Assembly: GCA_002269645.1 (NCBI GenBank)
Contig: NIVC01002127.1
Location: 1-64,000, forward strand
Length of the DNA stretch: 64,000 nt
Direction of reading: 5' to 3'
Origin: Macrostomum lignano
Lineage: Eukaryota
The position numbers and the translations under genes were made by a program. Of the stretch, positions 13,564 to 26,887 are shown one piece after another; position 1 is the first letter of the stretch; every line of letters begins with the position of its first letter. Below the pieces are notes generated by a model. The model searched no databases. It worked only from the letters and a program-made list of their open reading frames with translations, and was not told the DNA's origin.

Positions 13564-16500
13564 CTAAACATTGACGCCACCGCCTCGAAGGATTCGCAAG
13601 AAACGCGAATCGGTAGACGCGCCAATGTTAGCCCCGTTGTTGCTGACGCCGGAGACACTCTGGAGCACAGAGTTCGTCAGCGGTTGCTGCAACAGGTTTG
13701 TTTTAAAAAGATCACTTATCCGGTCCCGTAAGAATATAGACGCTTGCTACGAGTGTCAGTCGTCAATTTGAACAGAACAGTGCCTAAAAATAGTCAAGGA
13801 CTACTCAAGTACAAGGACGGGAAACCACGTTTCTTGGAACATTTTAGGAGGCTGGTTTATGGAGATAGGAGGTTTCACAAAAATCGTTATTGCTTCTGAT
13901 ATAAAGGAGACCCAATGCTTATCTTTTGATATGCTTTGCATTTCTTAACAGGCTCTATTGATATTCATAAAGCTTTTAGTTTGAAAAATTAGGATTCTGC
14001 GTACAATCTTACATTTACTGTGTCTAAAATGGTAAAAACCTGGCTCCGTAAATTTTCCAAGAAGCGTAGTTTCCCGTCCTTCTACCTGAGTAAGTCTTTG
14101 ACTATTGACTACAATGTCGAAGGTTTCAAGCCAGCGTTCCACTCTACAACAGTGTGCTGAAAAGTTTAGATTAAAAATTCCTATTTTTATGATCCTGCAT
14201 GGTTTGGTTGACATGTTGACACGGACGCAAATCAAACGGACAGTCGTTCCAAAGCCAGCGAACACACCAACAGTCATAACAGATACGTACGCAGGCACAC
14301 ACTCCCACAGGATGCACATCGTCATTCTTGGTTATCAAGCGCACGAGCCTCTAAAATTTGATCCATTTGACGTTACTCACCTGGGACGTCTCGAACGGCA
14401 GTCCGTCGCCGTTCATGTCTTCGTTGCCGACTCTGGAACGGCGGCGGACCTTCTTGCCCATCTCGCGGCCCCAGCTGCGGTGGGGCAGCATCAGGCTGTG
14501 TATCTTCTGTTGGAAATAAGAAAGAGTATGACTGAGCATGCTTAAAAAGAACACTTTTTGGTCTGGGCGCGTCGCCACCGGGGGGGGGGACAGAGGGGAC
14601 ATGTCCCCCCCCAGTAAAATCTCTGGGGGGACATGCCAATGCTTTGTTCCCCCACCCCATCTTGTGAGTCGTTGTGGTAATCAATAATGTTTCTTCAGGG
14701 CGCCGAAATATAGCGCCTTCGGCGCCAAAATGAGTGCCTTCGGCGCCAAAATGAGTGCCTTCGGCGCCAAAATGAGTGCCTTCGGCGCCAAAATGAGTGC
14801 CTTCGGCGCCAAAATGAGTGCCTTCGGCGCCAAAATGAGTGCCTACAGCGCTAAAATGAGTGCCTACAGCGCCAAAATGAGTGCCTGCGGCGCTAAAATG
14901 AGTGCCTGCGGCGCTAAAATGAGTGCCTACAGCGCTAAAATGAGTGCCTGCGGCGCTAAAATGAGTGCCTACAGCGCTAAAATGAGGGCCTGCGGCGCTA
15001 AAATGAGTGCCTACAGCGCTAAAATGAGGGCCTGCGGCGCTAAAATGAGGGCCTGCTGCGCTAAAATGAGTGCCTGCTGCGCTAAAATGAGTGCCTGCTG
15101 CGCTAAAATGAGTGCCTGCAGCGCTAAAATGAGTGCCTGCGGCGCTAAAATGAGTGCCTACAGCGCTAAAATGAGTGCCTGCGGCGCTAAAATGAGTGCC
15201 TACAGCGCTAAAATGAGGGCCTGCGGCGCTAAAATGAGTGCCTACAGCACCAAAATGAGTGCCTGCTGCGCTAAAATGAGTGCCTGCAGCGCTAAAATGA
15301 GTGCCTGCGGCGCCAAAATGAGTGCCAAAATTTAGTCATGTACATGTACATGTTGAATTCTTGGCTTTGTCCCCCCACTTGGCTTTGATCCATATCGACG
15401 CCTCTGTTTTGGTCATTAGCCGGCCTAAGCCCCATTATTAAAAAAAAGGTTTTATTGCTGTGAAAACAGCCCATGCCAATCATCAGTACGTAACGACAGT
15501 TCGAAGATTTCCCATTTGATAAATCTGATGTCAAGAACTACGTTTATCGAAATATCAAATCACGGTCTGATTTGATAAATGTAGTGCTGCCCATTCCGCT
15601 CACTCCTGAGCACCGGCTTCATCAACGGCTAGTATACATTCACATCAAAACTAGACAACTCTTTCTTACCTGCTTCAGCGACATGTTGCCCTTCAACGTG
15701 ACAACTTTATAGATAGCAACTCCAGGTATTGGCATGACAACAAGCATCGAGATCACCCAGCCAGTAATATCGGCGCTCGGCGGAAACTCGTACAGGCCGT
15801 ACTTTGACGGCTTAATCGACGTGAAGGTGAAAATAGCCACAGAGACGAGTACCAACGGCGAGAAGAACTGCCAGACAATTCGCCAGAAGACTCGGGACTT
15901 TCGAATAAAAGGGTTCATTTCCTCGATGTTGTCTAGAAAATTGTCAGCTCCGTACACCCAGGTGATGACTACCAGCTCTAGGAATCCAACCACGAGAACA
16001 GAATAGGTGCAGCTGTAGTTATCCAGCAGTTGCAGAACGAACATTCCACCCTGAATAATAATAATATAATTAGCTTCAAGTGCTCGATAGTCTGTTCAAA
16101 CTAATTTTCAATTCTCGATGGAACGGAATATTGAGAAGCTTTAAGTCTTATCATAGATATTTGTCTGAGAATTTTGGTTGCAGTCAAACACAATAGATAG
16201 CACCAGGAGCTTGAGCACCAGGAGCTTGAGCACCAGGGGCTTTAGCACCAGGGGCTTTAGCACCAGGGGCTTTAGCACCAGGGGCTTTAGCACCAGGGGC
16301 TTTAGCACCAGGGGCTTTAGCACCAGGGGCTTTAGCACCAGGGGCTTTAGCACCAGGGGCTTTAGCACCAGGAGCTTGAGCACCAGGGGCTTTAGCACCA
16401 GGGGCTTTAGCACCAGGGGCTTTAGCACCAGGGGCTTTAGCACCAGGAGCTTGAGCACCAGGGGCTTTAGCACCAGGGGCTTTAGCACCAGGGGCTTTAG

Positions 16501-19500
16501 CACCAGGGGCTTTAGCATCAGGGGCTTTAGCACCAGGGGCTTTAGCACCAGGGCTTTAGCACCAGGGGCTTTAGCACCAGGGGCTTTAGCACCAGTGGCT
16601 TTAGCACCAGGGGCTTTAGCACCAGAGGATTTAGCACCTGGGGCGCCAGCACCTGGGGCGCCAGCACCTGGGGCGCCAGCACTTGGGGTGCCATAACTTT
16701 GCTACTCATCTGCTCTATCTTATCACGCGGTCTATTCAGTGTGTGTCCAAAACCTAATTTAATGAGCCTGAGCTAAAAAACATAAGCTTCAGAACCATCT
16801 CGCACCCGAGTTGTGCAGGGCAGGCCACAGACAAAGGCCAGCAGGCAGATGGCGCAGAGCACAATGAAAGGCCGTTTGCCGATGCTAAGGTGCCGGCTCC
16901 AATTGTCGCACACGGATGTAACCAGCGTGTTCACATTGGCAATCATGGTGCCAAAGCCGAGGGTGAGCAGCATGCCAAAGAATAGAGCGGCCCACAGCGG
17001 CGACACGGGCATCGAAGTCACAATGTCCGGGTAGAGAATAAAGGCCAAACCGGCGCCTGAAATCATGCCAAATGTTCCTTCATCGATATATAGAAACTTT
17101 CAAGACCGAATGAGCATCTCACCATCCTTGGCTACTTCGTCGATGGGCACAGACATCACGTGACTCATGTAGCCGAGCACGCAGAAGACGGTCATACCGG
17201 CATAGATTGACGTGGCGCCGTCGCCCAGTGACACCAGAAGGGAGTCACTGAATATTGATTTATTTTTAATTCGCAAAATTGCTTCAAAATACTGGCTGTT
17301 TTTGTAAGCCGCTATGCTCATATCAAGGTAAAATATATAAAATATGAGAAACTCACAGCAAAGCGTTATTATGGAATTTATTGTAGCTGCTCAAAGCGAT
17401 GATGCCGCCCCAGCCGCTGGCTAGGGAGAAAAACACCTGCGGAAAATGTTGTTATTTTTTGTAGATTTCATTTAGCTGACTCAGGCTGTCAGAGAAAAAG
17501 TACAAAGTGTACCTGCATCGCGGCGTCGCCCCAGACCTTCGCGTCGGCCAGCCGATCCCAGTTGGGAATGAAAAAGTACTCCAAACCCTTTGAGCTGCCT
17601 TCCAGAGTGAGTCCACGAATCAGCAGAATAGTGAGCACAAGGTATGGAAACAACCCTGTGAAATACACAGCCTGCAATGTAAAAAAAATTTCTTTATCAT
17701 TTAAAGAGTTGAGATTTGATAGATGTTTTCTGTGTTCTTATTAAACACAATAAATATAGATCAAATTTTCCGTGTGGTCTACTGCTGGGCAGTAGTCTGA
17801 TGATGATAGTGCAATATTATCATACCAGGTATGTTCCCGTGACCTCTAAATGTATAAAATCTGGCCAAAGTTAATTCACATGTATGCTATTTAGGTAAAT
17901 GAACTGTAAATTTACACAAATCAAATGCAAACTAATTATTAAGTTTTGTATATTTCTGATGGGTTTTTTATTCAGTCACACGCCAGCAACACTTTTAGTG
18001 TGAATCAAGCCGGCTAAGCTTTATAAACCGGCGATACATCTAGCTTGTTATTTGAATAAACTTTATACTCTTCTTAGTCCTAAGAGTCTAGAAGCTAATA
18101 AAAACTGTAAGAGAGAGAGAGTGGTCAGCCAGATCAAAGTCGGGCAGATTTGTATCAAAGTAGGTCAACGGTCAAAGTGTAATTGAGCCTAGTAGCTGTG
18201 GGGTACCTCTAGGGAATTTTCTGTAAAGATATGCGACTTTTATTTCTTGATAACCACTGGATATATTATTCGACAATAAGTTCGAGCAACAGCGAGGGGC
18301 TTTATCAAACTCAAATCTTCACAAACTCAAATCTTCACAAACTGGAATCTTCACAAACTCGAATTTTCAAAAACTGGAATCTTCACAAACTCGAATTTTC
18401 ACAAACTTGAAACTTCACAAGCTCGAATCTTTACAAACTCGAATCTTCACAAACTCGAATCTTCACAAACTCAAATCTTCACAAACTCGAGTCTTTACAA
18501 ACTCGAATCTGCTCGAAAAAATGCTCGCCTTTGAAAAGCTTCTAATTATCTATTAATTACAGCCCCGTCGCTGCAAAAATGTCTATGGCCAAAAAACCAT
18601 CTGAATCAGTGCAAAGTCATTGGCATGAGACTCAGTTCATGCCACAGATTCTATTTACCCCTAGATGGGCCACTCCAACTGCGCAATAAAACATCATTTG
18701 CCGTGTTGACTGCTAATTGCTACGTTGATGATGCATTGCTAGTCACACTAGAAAAGTGCAGTGCAAATTTACGTGTAGGAGAATAACTGCAGTGGGGTAG
18801 TCGACCAGTAGAAAGCGAGGAGGCAACTGCACTCGTGCCTCTCACGCTCACACAAGGTGTACAGGGGGATCGAATGAAACTCACTTTTCCAGCAGATTTA
18901 ACTCCCCGAATCAGGCAGAGGATCACCACAATCCAAGAGGCCAGCAGGCAGAGGACCAGTTCCCATTTCGGCAAGCCCATCTCGTGAAATCCGTTTGAGA
19001 TAGACAGGACGAAGTTGCTGGAATATAGCGGTTAAAAAGTTAATAGCCAGGTACAGTGTTTCAAAGAGCATTAAGTTAATAATAATATGCTTGTAGTTGC
19101 GCTGACGCAATTCTGCACATTCCGCTGACTCCTGAGTCAGAGTGCAGGCACAGCACTCATACACACGCTCACTCAGGGTGTACAGCGGCAATGAATTTCT
19201 AATCTTGCAGGCATGTCTAAAGACAACCCACCCTGAGAAGTCATGGCATGTACAGCTAAGCTGTTGCGGAATTTACGGGCTACTCACTGAAAGTACTCGT
19301 CGCTGGAGGTCTTGGGCGCGGGCACGGAGCCCAGAAAGTTGTGCAGCAGGCTGGTATTCGTGGAGTTCAACGTCGCGGCTTCGTCGTAGAATGTCGACAA
19401 GGCGGTACCGTCGGGCGTGTCGTTTCCAGGAAACGGCCTCATGGCCCCATCCGAAGACTCCATCACCCAGCTGGCGTTGTTGGGCAGCAGGCAGCTGTGG

Positions 19501-22500
19501 TTCAGAGCGAAAGCGAAGAACCCGCCCTGACGCCTGCACCGATTTCGCTCCGACAAGGTGCGAATGTGCACGCAGTCGCCGGTGTTCCAGCTGGAGCTGC
19601 ACGTGGTCCAGGGCAGGTCGCCAGTCACTGAGCTGATGCTCTGCCAGAAGTAGAACATCGTCCAAGCGATCAGCATGTTGTAGTAGATGCTGCCGCAAAA
19701 TGTGATGATAATCATCGACCAACCGATGCCTGTTTTGTAAAAATGAGGGAAATTGTTGGGAGTGCGTTACTGTTGTATATACAGTTCGGTTGACTTGCAT
19801 AAAATTAGTAGATTGTGCTTTCTTAATGTTAAATGTATTTAGGAATTTTAGTAAATATCCAGGGCGAACACAACGAGTCCTGAGAGGTTGCACGGGAGTG
19901 GGGAGTGAGTTGTCCACGTGAATCATCATGTGATTGTGAGAGATGTTCACGAGAATCAGCAGGTGATTGTGAGAGATGTCCATGAGAATCAGCAGGTGAT
20001 TGTGAGAGATGTCCATGAGAATCAGCAGGTGATTGTGAGAGATGTCCATGAGAATCACCAGGTGATTAGAGAGATGTCCATGAGAATCAGGTGATTGTAT
20101 GAGAGATGTCCATGAGAATCAGCAGGTGATTGGAGAGATGTCCATGAGAATCAGCAGGTGATTGGAGAGATGTCCACGAGAATCAGGTGATTGTATGAGA
20201 GATGTCCATGAGAATCAGCAGGTGATTGGAGAGATGTCCACGAGAATCAGGTGATTGTATGAGAGATGTCCATGAGAATCACCAGGTGATTGGAGAGATG
20301 TCCATGAGAATCAGGTGATTGTATGAGAGATGTCCATGAGAATCAGCAGGTGATTGTGAGAGATGTCCATGAGAATCAGCAGGTGATTGTGAGAGATGTC
20401 CATGAGAATCACTAGGTGATTAGAAAGATGTCCATGAGCATCAGCAGGTGATGACAAAATTGGAAATAAAGTTCTAGTTTATTACTAGCAATCTAGTGCC
20501 CCCTTCGGGGCGCCCAATAAGCAAGGGACAAAAATTATTTATGTGAACCCTTTTTCCTTGAGCGATTCTCCGCATGAGCCTTGACATCACAGTTTATTTA
20601 TTCAAATATTAGACCTGTATGATTACATAGATTGTTGTTGTAATAGCCACTTGATGGTCATATTAGTCTTGGTTAGGACATTAATTAGGTCAGACAATGT
20701 GTCCAATGCTTCCAGGGTATAGTTCACCCCCGCCCAAGACCAGGCAATTGGTCTTAGTCTGTTGGAAATATTCCATGGAAAACTAAAAAAAGACGTCGTA
20801 AAGGCTATGTAATTGAAGGCTGCACATAGCCCCCTAGTCATCAGGGGGTATATGAGTATAATGAGAGAGAAAAGTTCAACAGAACACTTCTGCACAGCGG
20901 GTGCAGCAGCAGCAGTAGCAATAGCAGCACGAGCTGTGCTCATGACGCGACAAGGCAGCAGTCTCGCAGACAAAGAAAGAGACAAAAAAATAGTCGGTAA
21001 ATAACTAGAAGCCCTTGAGATTCTAAAGACTCCTGCAGTAGGGTAGCTGTCAGACTCTCTCAAACAACCCCCCTCCATGGCTAAGGCTGTACGTCTCTCT
21101 GTCTCGTTCTCTTCCACTGTAATTTTATTTTAGACTGGCCAAAATATGAATGGAAAACTACTGAGGAAACTGAGTAAGGGTGGAGAGAGGGACGCCCGCT
21201 CTTTACTTAGCCGTGATTTTCCTAGATAGATAATAGTATAGAAATTAGAGCCAAGGATTACTAGAAACAATATTAATCTGGAGCGGAAACAAAGTACACT
21301 TATACAGTGTTTGATCATTCGGTATTTTTTATGCAAACATTAAAGCCAACTTACTATTTAGCCTTATTTGTCTCACGAGGCTCCAAGTTTACAAAATTCG
21401 GTGCACCTAAGATGACGTCTGCATGATGTCTGAAAATGGGAACCTTTAGCAAAGGTCTCTTGCGGCACTCCGCTACTAATATTTTAAGCTAAGGCCGTAT
21501 GGGCCATGCGTGAGAGCATGAATCATCAACCCAAAGAGTCATAAACCATGAAGATTCTACGAATCTAAGGGGAACAGGGCTGGCTGTCTTTGTTAAAGGT
21601 TGTTGTAATCTTCAATGCTAAAAAGTCGATTGCACGGGTTTTCAACGGTTTGAACAGTAGGAATACCAAGCATTTTTCTGACCGTTGTTAAGCTACCAAA
21701 GGGGTAGGGGATTCCCACCATCTGACATTTTTTCGCTGCGCCAAAACGGAAAAAAAGCAAAGCACACGAAATTCAACAACACGGGCTAACTTTTTGTTTT
21801 GCACCTTCTCAAACAGGAATCAAGTCGCCAGCCCTCTGGACCGTCGAGATATTCGATAATTTTTGCCAGAAGGTCAGATTTAGTGTATTCAGTACACCCC
21901 TGTGCGCCAATCAGCACTGCACCTCATTGCAGCCTTGCCAAGCCTCCAAATTTCATCAGCACGTCGACCATATGGGTCTGCATCAGCTCTGATTTCGTTG
22001 GTCACTGGCCTTCACCCAGGCGGAGCTTTTGGACCTTCAACAGGTAAAACCAGGTGACAATGGACACCCTGTGCGAATTTTCTAGTTTCGCTGATCAAGC
22101 CTTGACAGTGGGCAAACCTCAACTGCTTGTGAAGCTTGTGGATTGTGAATTTTGCCTTTGTTTGGAAATAAAAAGCTGTCAAGTTGAATAAAGTTCAATT
22201 TAGGTGTAGAGACATCCTGCTACATTCTTACCTGTGAAAAGTGGGCTAGCCTTCCACACAGTGATTGGTCCAGTGGCAGAGTACTGGCCAAAGCAGGTCT
22301 CCATGTAGAGCAGCGGAATTCCCACAGTCACTAGCATGCAGATGAAGGGTAGCAGAAAGGCGCCTCCACCATTCTGTTGTATTTTAATCAATAGTAAAAG
22401 TCATTTTGTTAGAATTGTATGGTAAATTTATTTGAATTATATCAATTGCACTGACTAACCAATTAAAAAAATTAATACATATTATTCAAAAAAACATTTG

Positions 22501-23447
22501 GGATATTTAAAAATATCATTTAAAAACAAAATCAGTACTATGGCAATAAAAATATTAGCTTTAATACTAATAAAACTGATAAAGATATTAAAAATGCATC
22601 TATAAATTCATATTTAATGATTTAAAACTCTAGAAAAGCTAAATTCTAAAGAGAACTACCAATATCACTAATATGAACAATTCTATAATATAATTCTAAA
22701 ACTAACTAGAACTATTTAAAATCTATATATTTGATGTACAATAAGGTTGGACAATAACATTCAATTAAGATCAAATGTATCTATAGAAGAATCATGCAAA
22801 ATCAATAAATTAATTTACCTTGTAACACAAGTAGGGAAATCGCCAAACATTTCCCAAGCCAACAGCATAGGAGAGGCAAGAAAACAGGAATTCCGCTTTG
22901 CCACCCCAGGAGTCCCTGGTCTGCTCCTTGTCCTTGGATTCACCTTCTTCTGGTACTGGCTGTTCAGCAAGATTCATCTGTTGATAGATAAGCATAATTA
23001 ATAAGCATTGTTAATTTTTTATTGCATTTAATAATTTTTTTCTTGAAACAAACAAGAATTACTGGTAATGTTTCCTTTGATAATAATAGAAAATTAAGAT
23101 TAATTATTTTTTTTTATATGCAAAAAGATGTTTATTCACATTTAATTTGACTATTTTTGTACAGTGACAATGTGGTTTCTATTACAATAGCTTTTGAGGA
23201 GCAAATATGAAATTTAGAAAGAGAAAATGGGGATTTATTAAGGAAGTATATTATAAAATTTCTTCTGAATTTATGTGATTTGAATACATATAAGAGTAAG
23301 TTCAGTGTTTTTTAGGAAAGGAACTCTATTCTATTTGAAACTAAATGTCTATGTATATATATGACAAATCTTGAAGATTATTTTCAAAATATAGCTTACC
23401 TCAAAGTCGTCAGCAATAGGATCAGATTGTTTTTTACTTAAGCTCAT
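13564..23447 (-). CDS. SLC6 Na+/Cl--dependent amino-acid transporter (GlyT/ATB0,+-like), paralog B, complete, about 722 aa
   Basis: Exons 23400-23447 (putative first, [16 protein letters not shown]), 22819-22977, 22232-22373, 19288-19729, 18885-19017, 17513-17671, 17357-17436, 17123-17247, 16806-17056, 15670-16050, 14381-14506, 13564-13686 join in frame (2169 nt). Motifs: TM1 [25 protein letters not shown]2 [16 protein letters not shown]6 [34 protein letters not shown]. The first and last exons are less certain. Confidence 0.92.
13797..14100. repeat. Imperfect ~60-bp inverted repeat pair (old MITE?)
   Basis: 13797-13855 (actactcaagtacaaggacgggaaaccacg..) matches the reverse complement of 14040-14100 with mismatches; no TSD found. 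Confidence 0.5.
14564..15406. mobile_element. Possible hAT-like MITE enclosing a 21-bp minisatellite
   Basis: Direct repeat ttttggtc at 14556-14563 and 15407-15414; degenerate inverted ends (TGGGCGCGTCG vs CAGAGGCGTCG) with G-run subterminal tracts. Confidence 0.45.
14710..15330. repeat. Minisatellite, 21-bp unit
   Basis: gcctgcggcgctaaaatgagt variants. Confidence 0.95.
16198..16690. repeat. Minisatellite, 15-bp unit
   Basis: caccaggggctttag. Confidence 0.95.
18305..18510. repeat. Minisatellite, 16-bp unit
   Basis: caaactcgaatcttca variants. Confidence 0.9.
19930..20452. repeat. Minisatellite, 33-bp unit (SLC6-B intron)
   Basis: Same unit and same intron position as 8915-9630. Confidence 0.95.
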
Positions 23448-24266
23448 TGCAGCTTTAGTAAAAAAGGTTTTATTGTGAAATAATCAGTCAAATTCTTTAT
23501 AAATAGTCTCTCAAATATTACCACGGATTGACTGAAAACTTAATGTACATTAACCCCCTCTGTATAACAAATGAATTTATTTAAAAACAGAAAATAGAAA
23601 AATATTTAGTTTGCTAGACACAATGAATGAGCTCAGCACTTAGTATGGAAAATTCCAGAGCCAGTTTTAGTGGTTTGAATAAAAGCCAAAAATATCGTGC
23701 TATTTAAAACAGAAGAATATTCACTTTCAATTTCCAGCCACATGCAAGCATAAATGTTTAATATTAAAATACACGGGCTTTATTTTCTATTCTAATAGGT
23801 TGTAAATAGCGGTTAGTTAAACTTTTTGTTATTTCACATAATTGCAGCATTATTTAAATGCAGTACAAGCCGCTAATTTATTTTATAAAATATATGCGTC
23901 CTAAAATTGAGACATCTCAAGTTAAGTGTATATTGGATTAATGTTTTCGCGTCTGCTTAAGTCATCACTGTGTCTGCCTAGCTAAAAACTTATAACTAAA
24001 TAATTTGAAATATATGCTTGAATCATGACTTCGAATTCGACATGTAATTGCAAGAGTAACCATACAAATGAAATTAAGCTCGGACAAATATGTCTTTTTC
24101 GTAAGTTCAAAATTTGGAGGAGTTCTTAATCCTGACTGGAGCTGACAGACGCAAAACTATCAAAAATTTTTAATATATTTCGTGCGTTGGGAACTAATGC
24201 GTATTTAATTTGTACCTTCAAAAATAATTAATTTACCGGGGAACTTTTGGGAAAATTGTGATAATT

Positions 24267-24726
24267 GGTCACTGGTCAGATCGTCATATTCCATTTCGTC
24301 ATATCGGATGACGAAGTGACCAGAAGCAAAGTAGCTTGAAAAATAATATGACGAAGTTATGCTGGATGCTAGTTATGCTGGATGCTTCTTCATCAACCAA
24401 TTAATCTGTGTGAGATTCGAGTTAGTGTAAACTATTTTTTTGTTTTTATTAACTATTAAGCTGCGGCAAGCAGAACCGATTGATCGACAGGTTTTATCAA
24501 TCGAGATGACAAAATGACTGGGATCATTAGGATTTCCAAGTAAAAATGTTTGATTGCCACGTTAATTCACTTGAAGTTGGAACTACGAGTAATATGATTG
24601 GTGGAAGACAAAAATGACTCTCTTCAGGTAGTGCATGCTAATTAAGATGACGAAGTGACCAAAGTTGAGGTGAGCACCCCAGACACCCAGATGACGAAAT
24701 GGCAGATGACGAAATGACTAGGAACC
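24267..24726. mobile_element. MITE, 460 bp, GG-starting imperfect TIR (Mutator- or Merlin-like)
   Basis: About 37-bp imperfect TIR containing CCATTTCGTCAT, internal ATGACGAA repeats, and TSD tgataatt at 24259-24266 and 24727-24734. Confidence 0.8.
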
Positions 24727-25599
24727 TGATAATTTTTTATTTCCTAGAAAAATGTACGTCAGTCAATATGACGAGGAGAAAAGATGATTGAGAACCAGGA
24801 TGGCCATTTTTAAAAATCACATTTTTTCGCATTTTTGTGTCGCAGCGGATGTCATGACCACATCAACTCTAATTAGAAAATTGTCACCAAGTTTTTTTTA
24901 TAAGCTGGATTTATTTAATTTTTAGGTTGGTTGGAACTGGAAGACGGAAGCTTCAATAATAACGAGTAAAGATTGAAATAGCCCTAGCTTAGTAGAGCAT
25001 GACCTTTGAGTTTTAGGGACTGTTAGCTATCTGCAAACGTTTCATAAAGTTTGAGAATGAATATAGCCAGACAAAACCATAAAATTGAGTGTCGGAGTAC
25101 GTGACTTATAAGTATTGATTCCTCAGATTATGATTATAAAAATGGTACTTCTATTGCATAGCGCCACCAATATGGAAGGTTTCTAAATTATTTTTAGCAC
25201 GAACGAACTTTTAGCATGTATAAATTAAGTTATCGGGAATTACACGTACATGTACGTGCAAAAAATGTATAGATTTAAACATTCTTAATGAAATTTTATG
25301 AGCAGATGATTAAAAGGTAATTTTTAGGGAGATAAAATAAGTCTTAATTAAACTGCGTACTAACCAAGGCCAACTCAGCTTAACTTTGCTGGTGCTGACG
25401 AAAAAATGAGGAGGGTTGTCAGGGAAAAAGTGCACCAGAAGCGACTCGGAAATACGTTTTGAATGGATATCAGAGAGTGCAGAATGAGCGTCAAGAAGAG
25501 CCGAAAAGGGCCGTCAGCTGGAAGCGTCTAAACGGAGCGTCAGGAAGCGTCGTAAAGGGCCGTCAGGAAGCGCCAAAGAGGATCGTCAGGAAGCGCCAA

Positions 25600-26362
25600 A
25601 AAAGAGCGGTAGAAAGCGTCAAAAAGGAGCGGTAGAAAGCGCCAAAAAGGAGCGGTAGAAAGCGCCAAAAAGGAGCGGTAGAAAGCGCCAAAAAGGAGCG
25701 GTAGAAAGCGCTAAAAAGGAGCGGTAGAAAGCGCCAAAAAGGAGCGGTAGAAAGCGCCAAAAAGGAGCGGTAGAAAGCGCCAAAAAGGAGCGGTAGAAAG
25801 CGCCAAAAAGGAGCGGTAGAAAGCGCCAAAAAGGAGCGGTAGAAAGCGCTAAAAAGGAGCGGTAGAAAGCGCCAAAAAGGAGCGGTAGAAAGCGCCAAAA
25901 AGGAGCGGTAGAAAGCGCCAAAAAGGAGCGGTAGAAAGCGCCAAAAAGGAGCGGTAGAAAGCGCCAAAAAGGAGCGGTAGAAAGCGCCAAAAAGGAGCGG
26001 TAGAAAGCGCCAAAAAGGAGCGGTAGAAAGCGCTAAAAAGGAGCGGTAGAAAGCGCCAAAAAGGAGCGGTAGAAAGCGCCAAAAAGGAGCGGTAGAAAGC
26101 GCCAAAAAGGAGCGGTAGAAAGCGCCAAAAAGGAGCGGTAGAAAGCGCCAAAAAGGAGCGGTAGAAAGCGCCAAAAAGGAGCGGTAGAAAGCGCCAAAAA
26201 GGAGCGGTAGAAAGCGCCAAAAAGGAGCGGTAGAAAGCGCCAAAAAGGAGCGGTAGAAAGCGCCAAAAAGGAGCGGTAGAAAGCGCCAAAAAGGAGCGGT
26301 AGAAAGCGCCAAAAAGGAGCGGTAGAAAGCGCCAAAAAGGAGCGGTAGAAAGCGCCAAAAAG
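25600..26362. repeat. Minisatellite, 23-bp unit, highly homogeneous
   Basis: aaagcgccaaaaaggagcggtag. Confidence 0.97.
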
Positions 26363-26887
26363 ATCGTCAGGAAGTGCCAAAAAGGGCCGTCAGGAAGCGC
26401 CAAAAGCATTTCAGGGGGGCATCAAGAGGGGAGAAAGCTACAGCTTTCATTTCGATCAGCTCTATGGCTGCATCTATTTTAGGTTTGATTTCAATCCGGC
26501 TCAGAAATCTTGTCCAGGATTCATTAGCATGAGCCGTCTTCATCATTGATTATTGCAGCGGGGAGGCAGCTTAAGAAGCCTATTTTCGGGGCCAGACAAG
26601 GCAAGCACTGATCCGAAGTGATATAATCTTTCGTTTGGTGGTTTATTTTTGGAATTCCTAATAGCCCGTCGCCCCAGAGTTTGTCGGGGTGGGGGGAGAA
26701 CGGAGCTTTCTAGCAGAGTTTCGAAAATCAATGTCTTACTAAAGATTTTTGTTTCAGTGGCTTGCGTTCGGATTATGAAATTAATATTTTATTACAAGCT
26801 AAATAGAGTTCATGGTGGAAGACTTGGACTTGTTCCATTAACCCGTATCTTTTCCTCTGATTGTGTAATATTCGTATCATATACCCC

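Noticed and set aside
14730-15335. 201-aa MSACGAK-repeat ORF
   Set aside because: It is a 21-bp minisatellite antisense to an SLC6-B intron.
25600-26362. CRISPR-like regular array
   Set aside because: Units abut with no unique spacers, there are no cas genes, and the context is eukaryotic. The same applies to all other arrays.
25563-26409. Multiple 115-249 aa minus-strand ORFs
   Set aside because: The 23-bp unit lacks stops in all minus frames; these are repeat artefacts.
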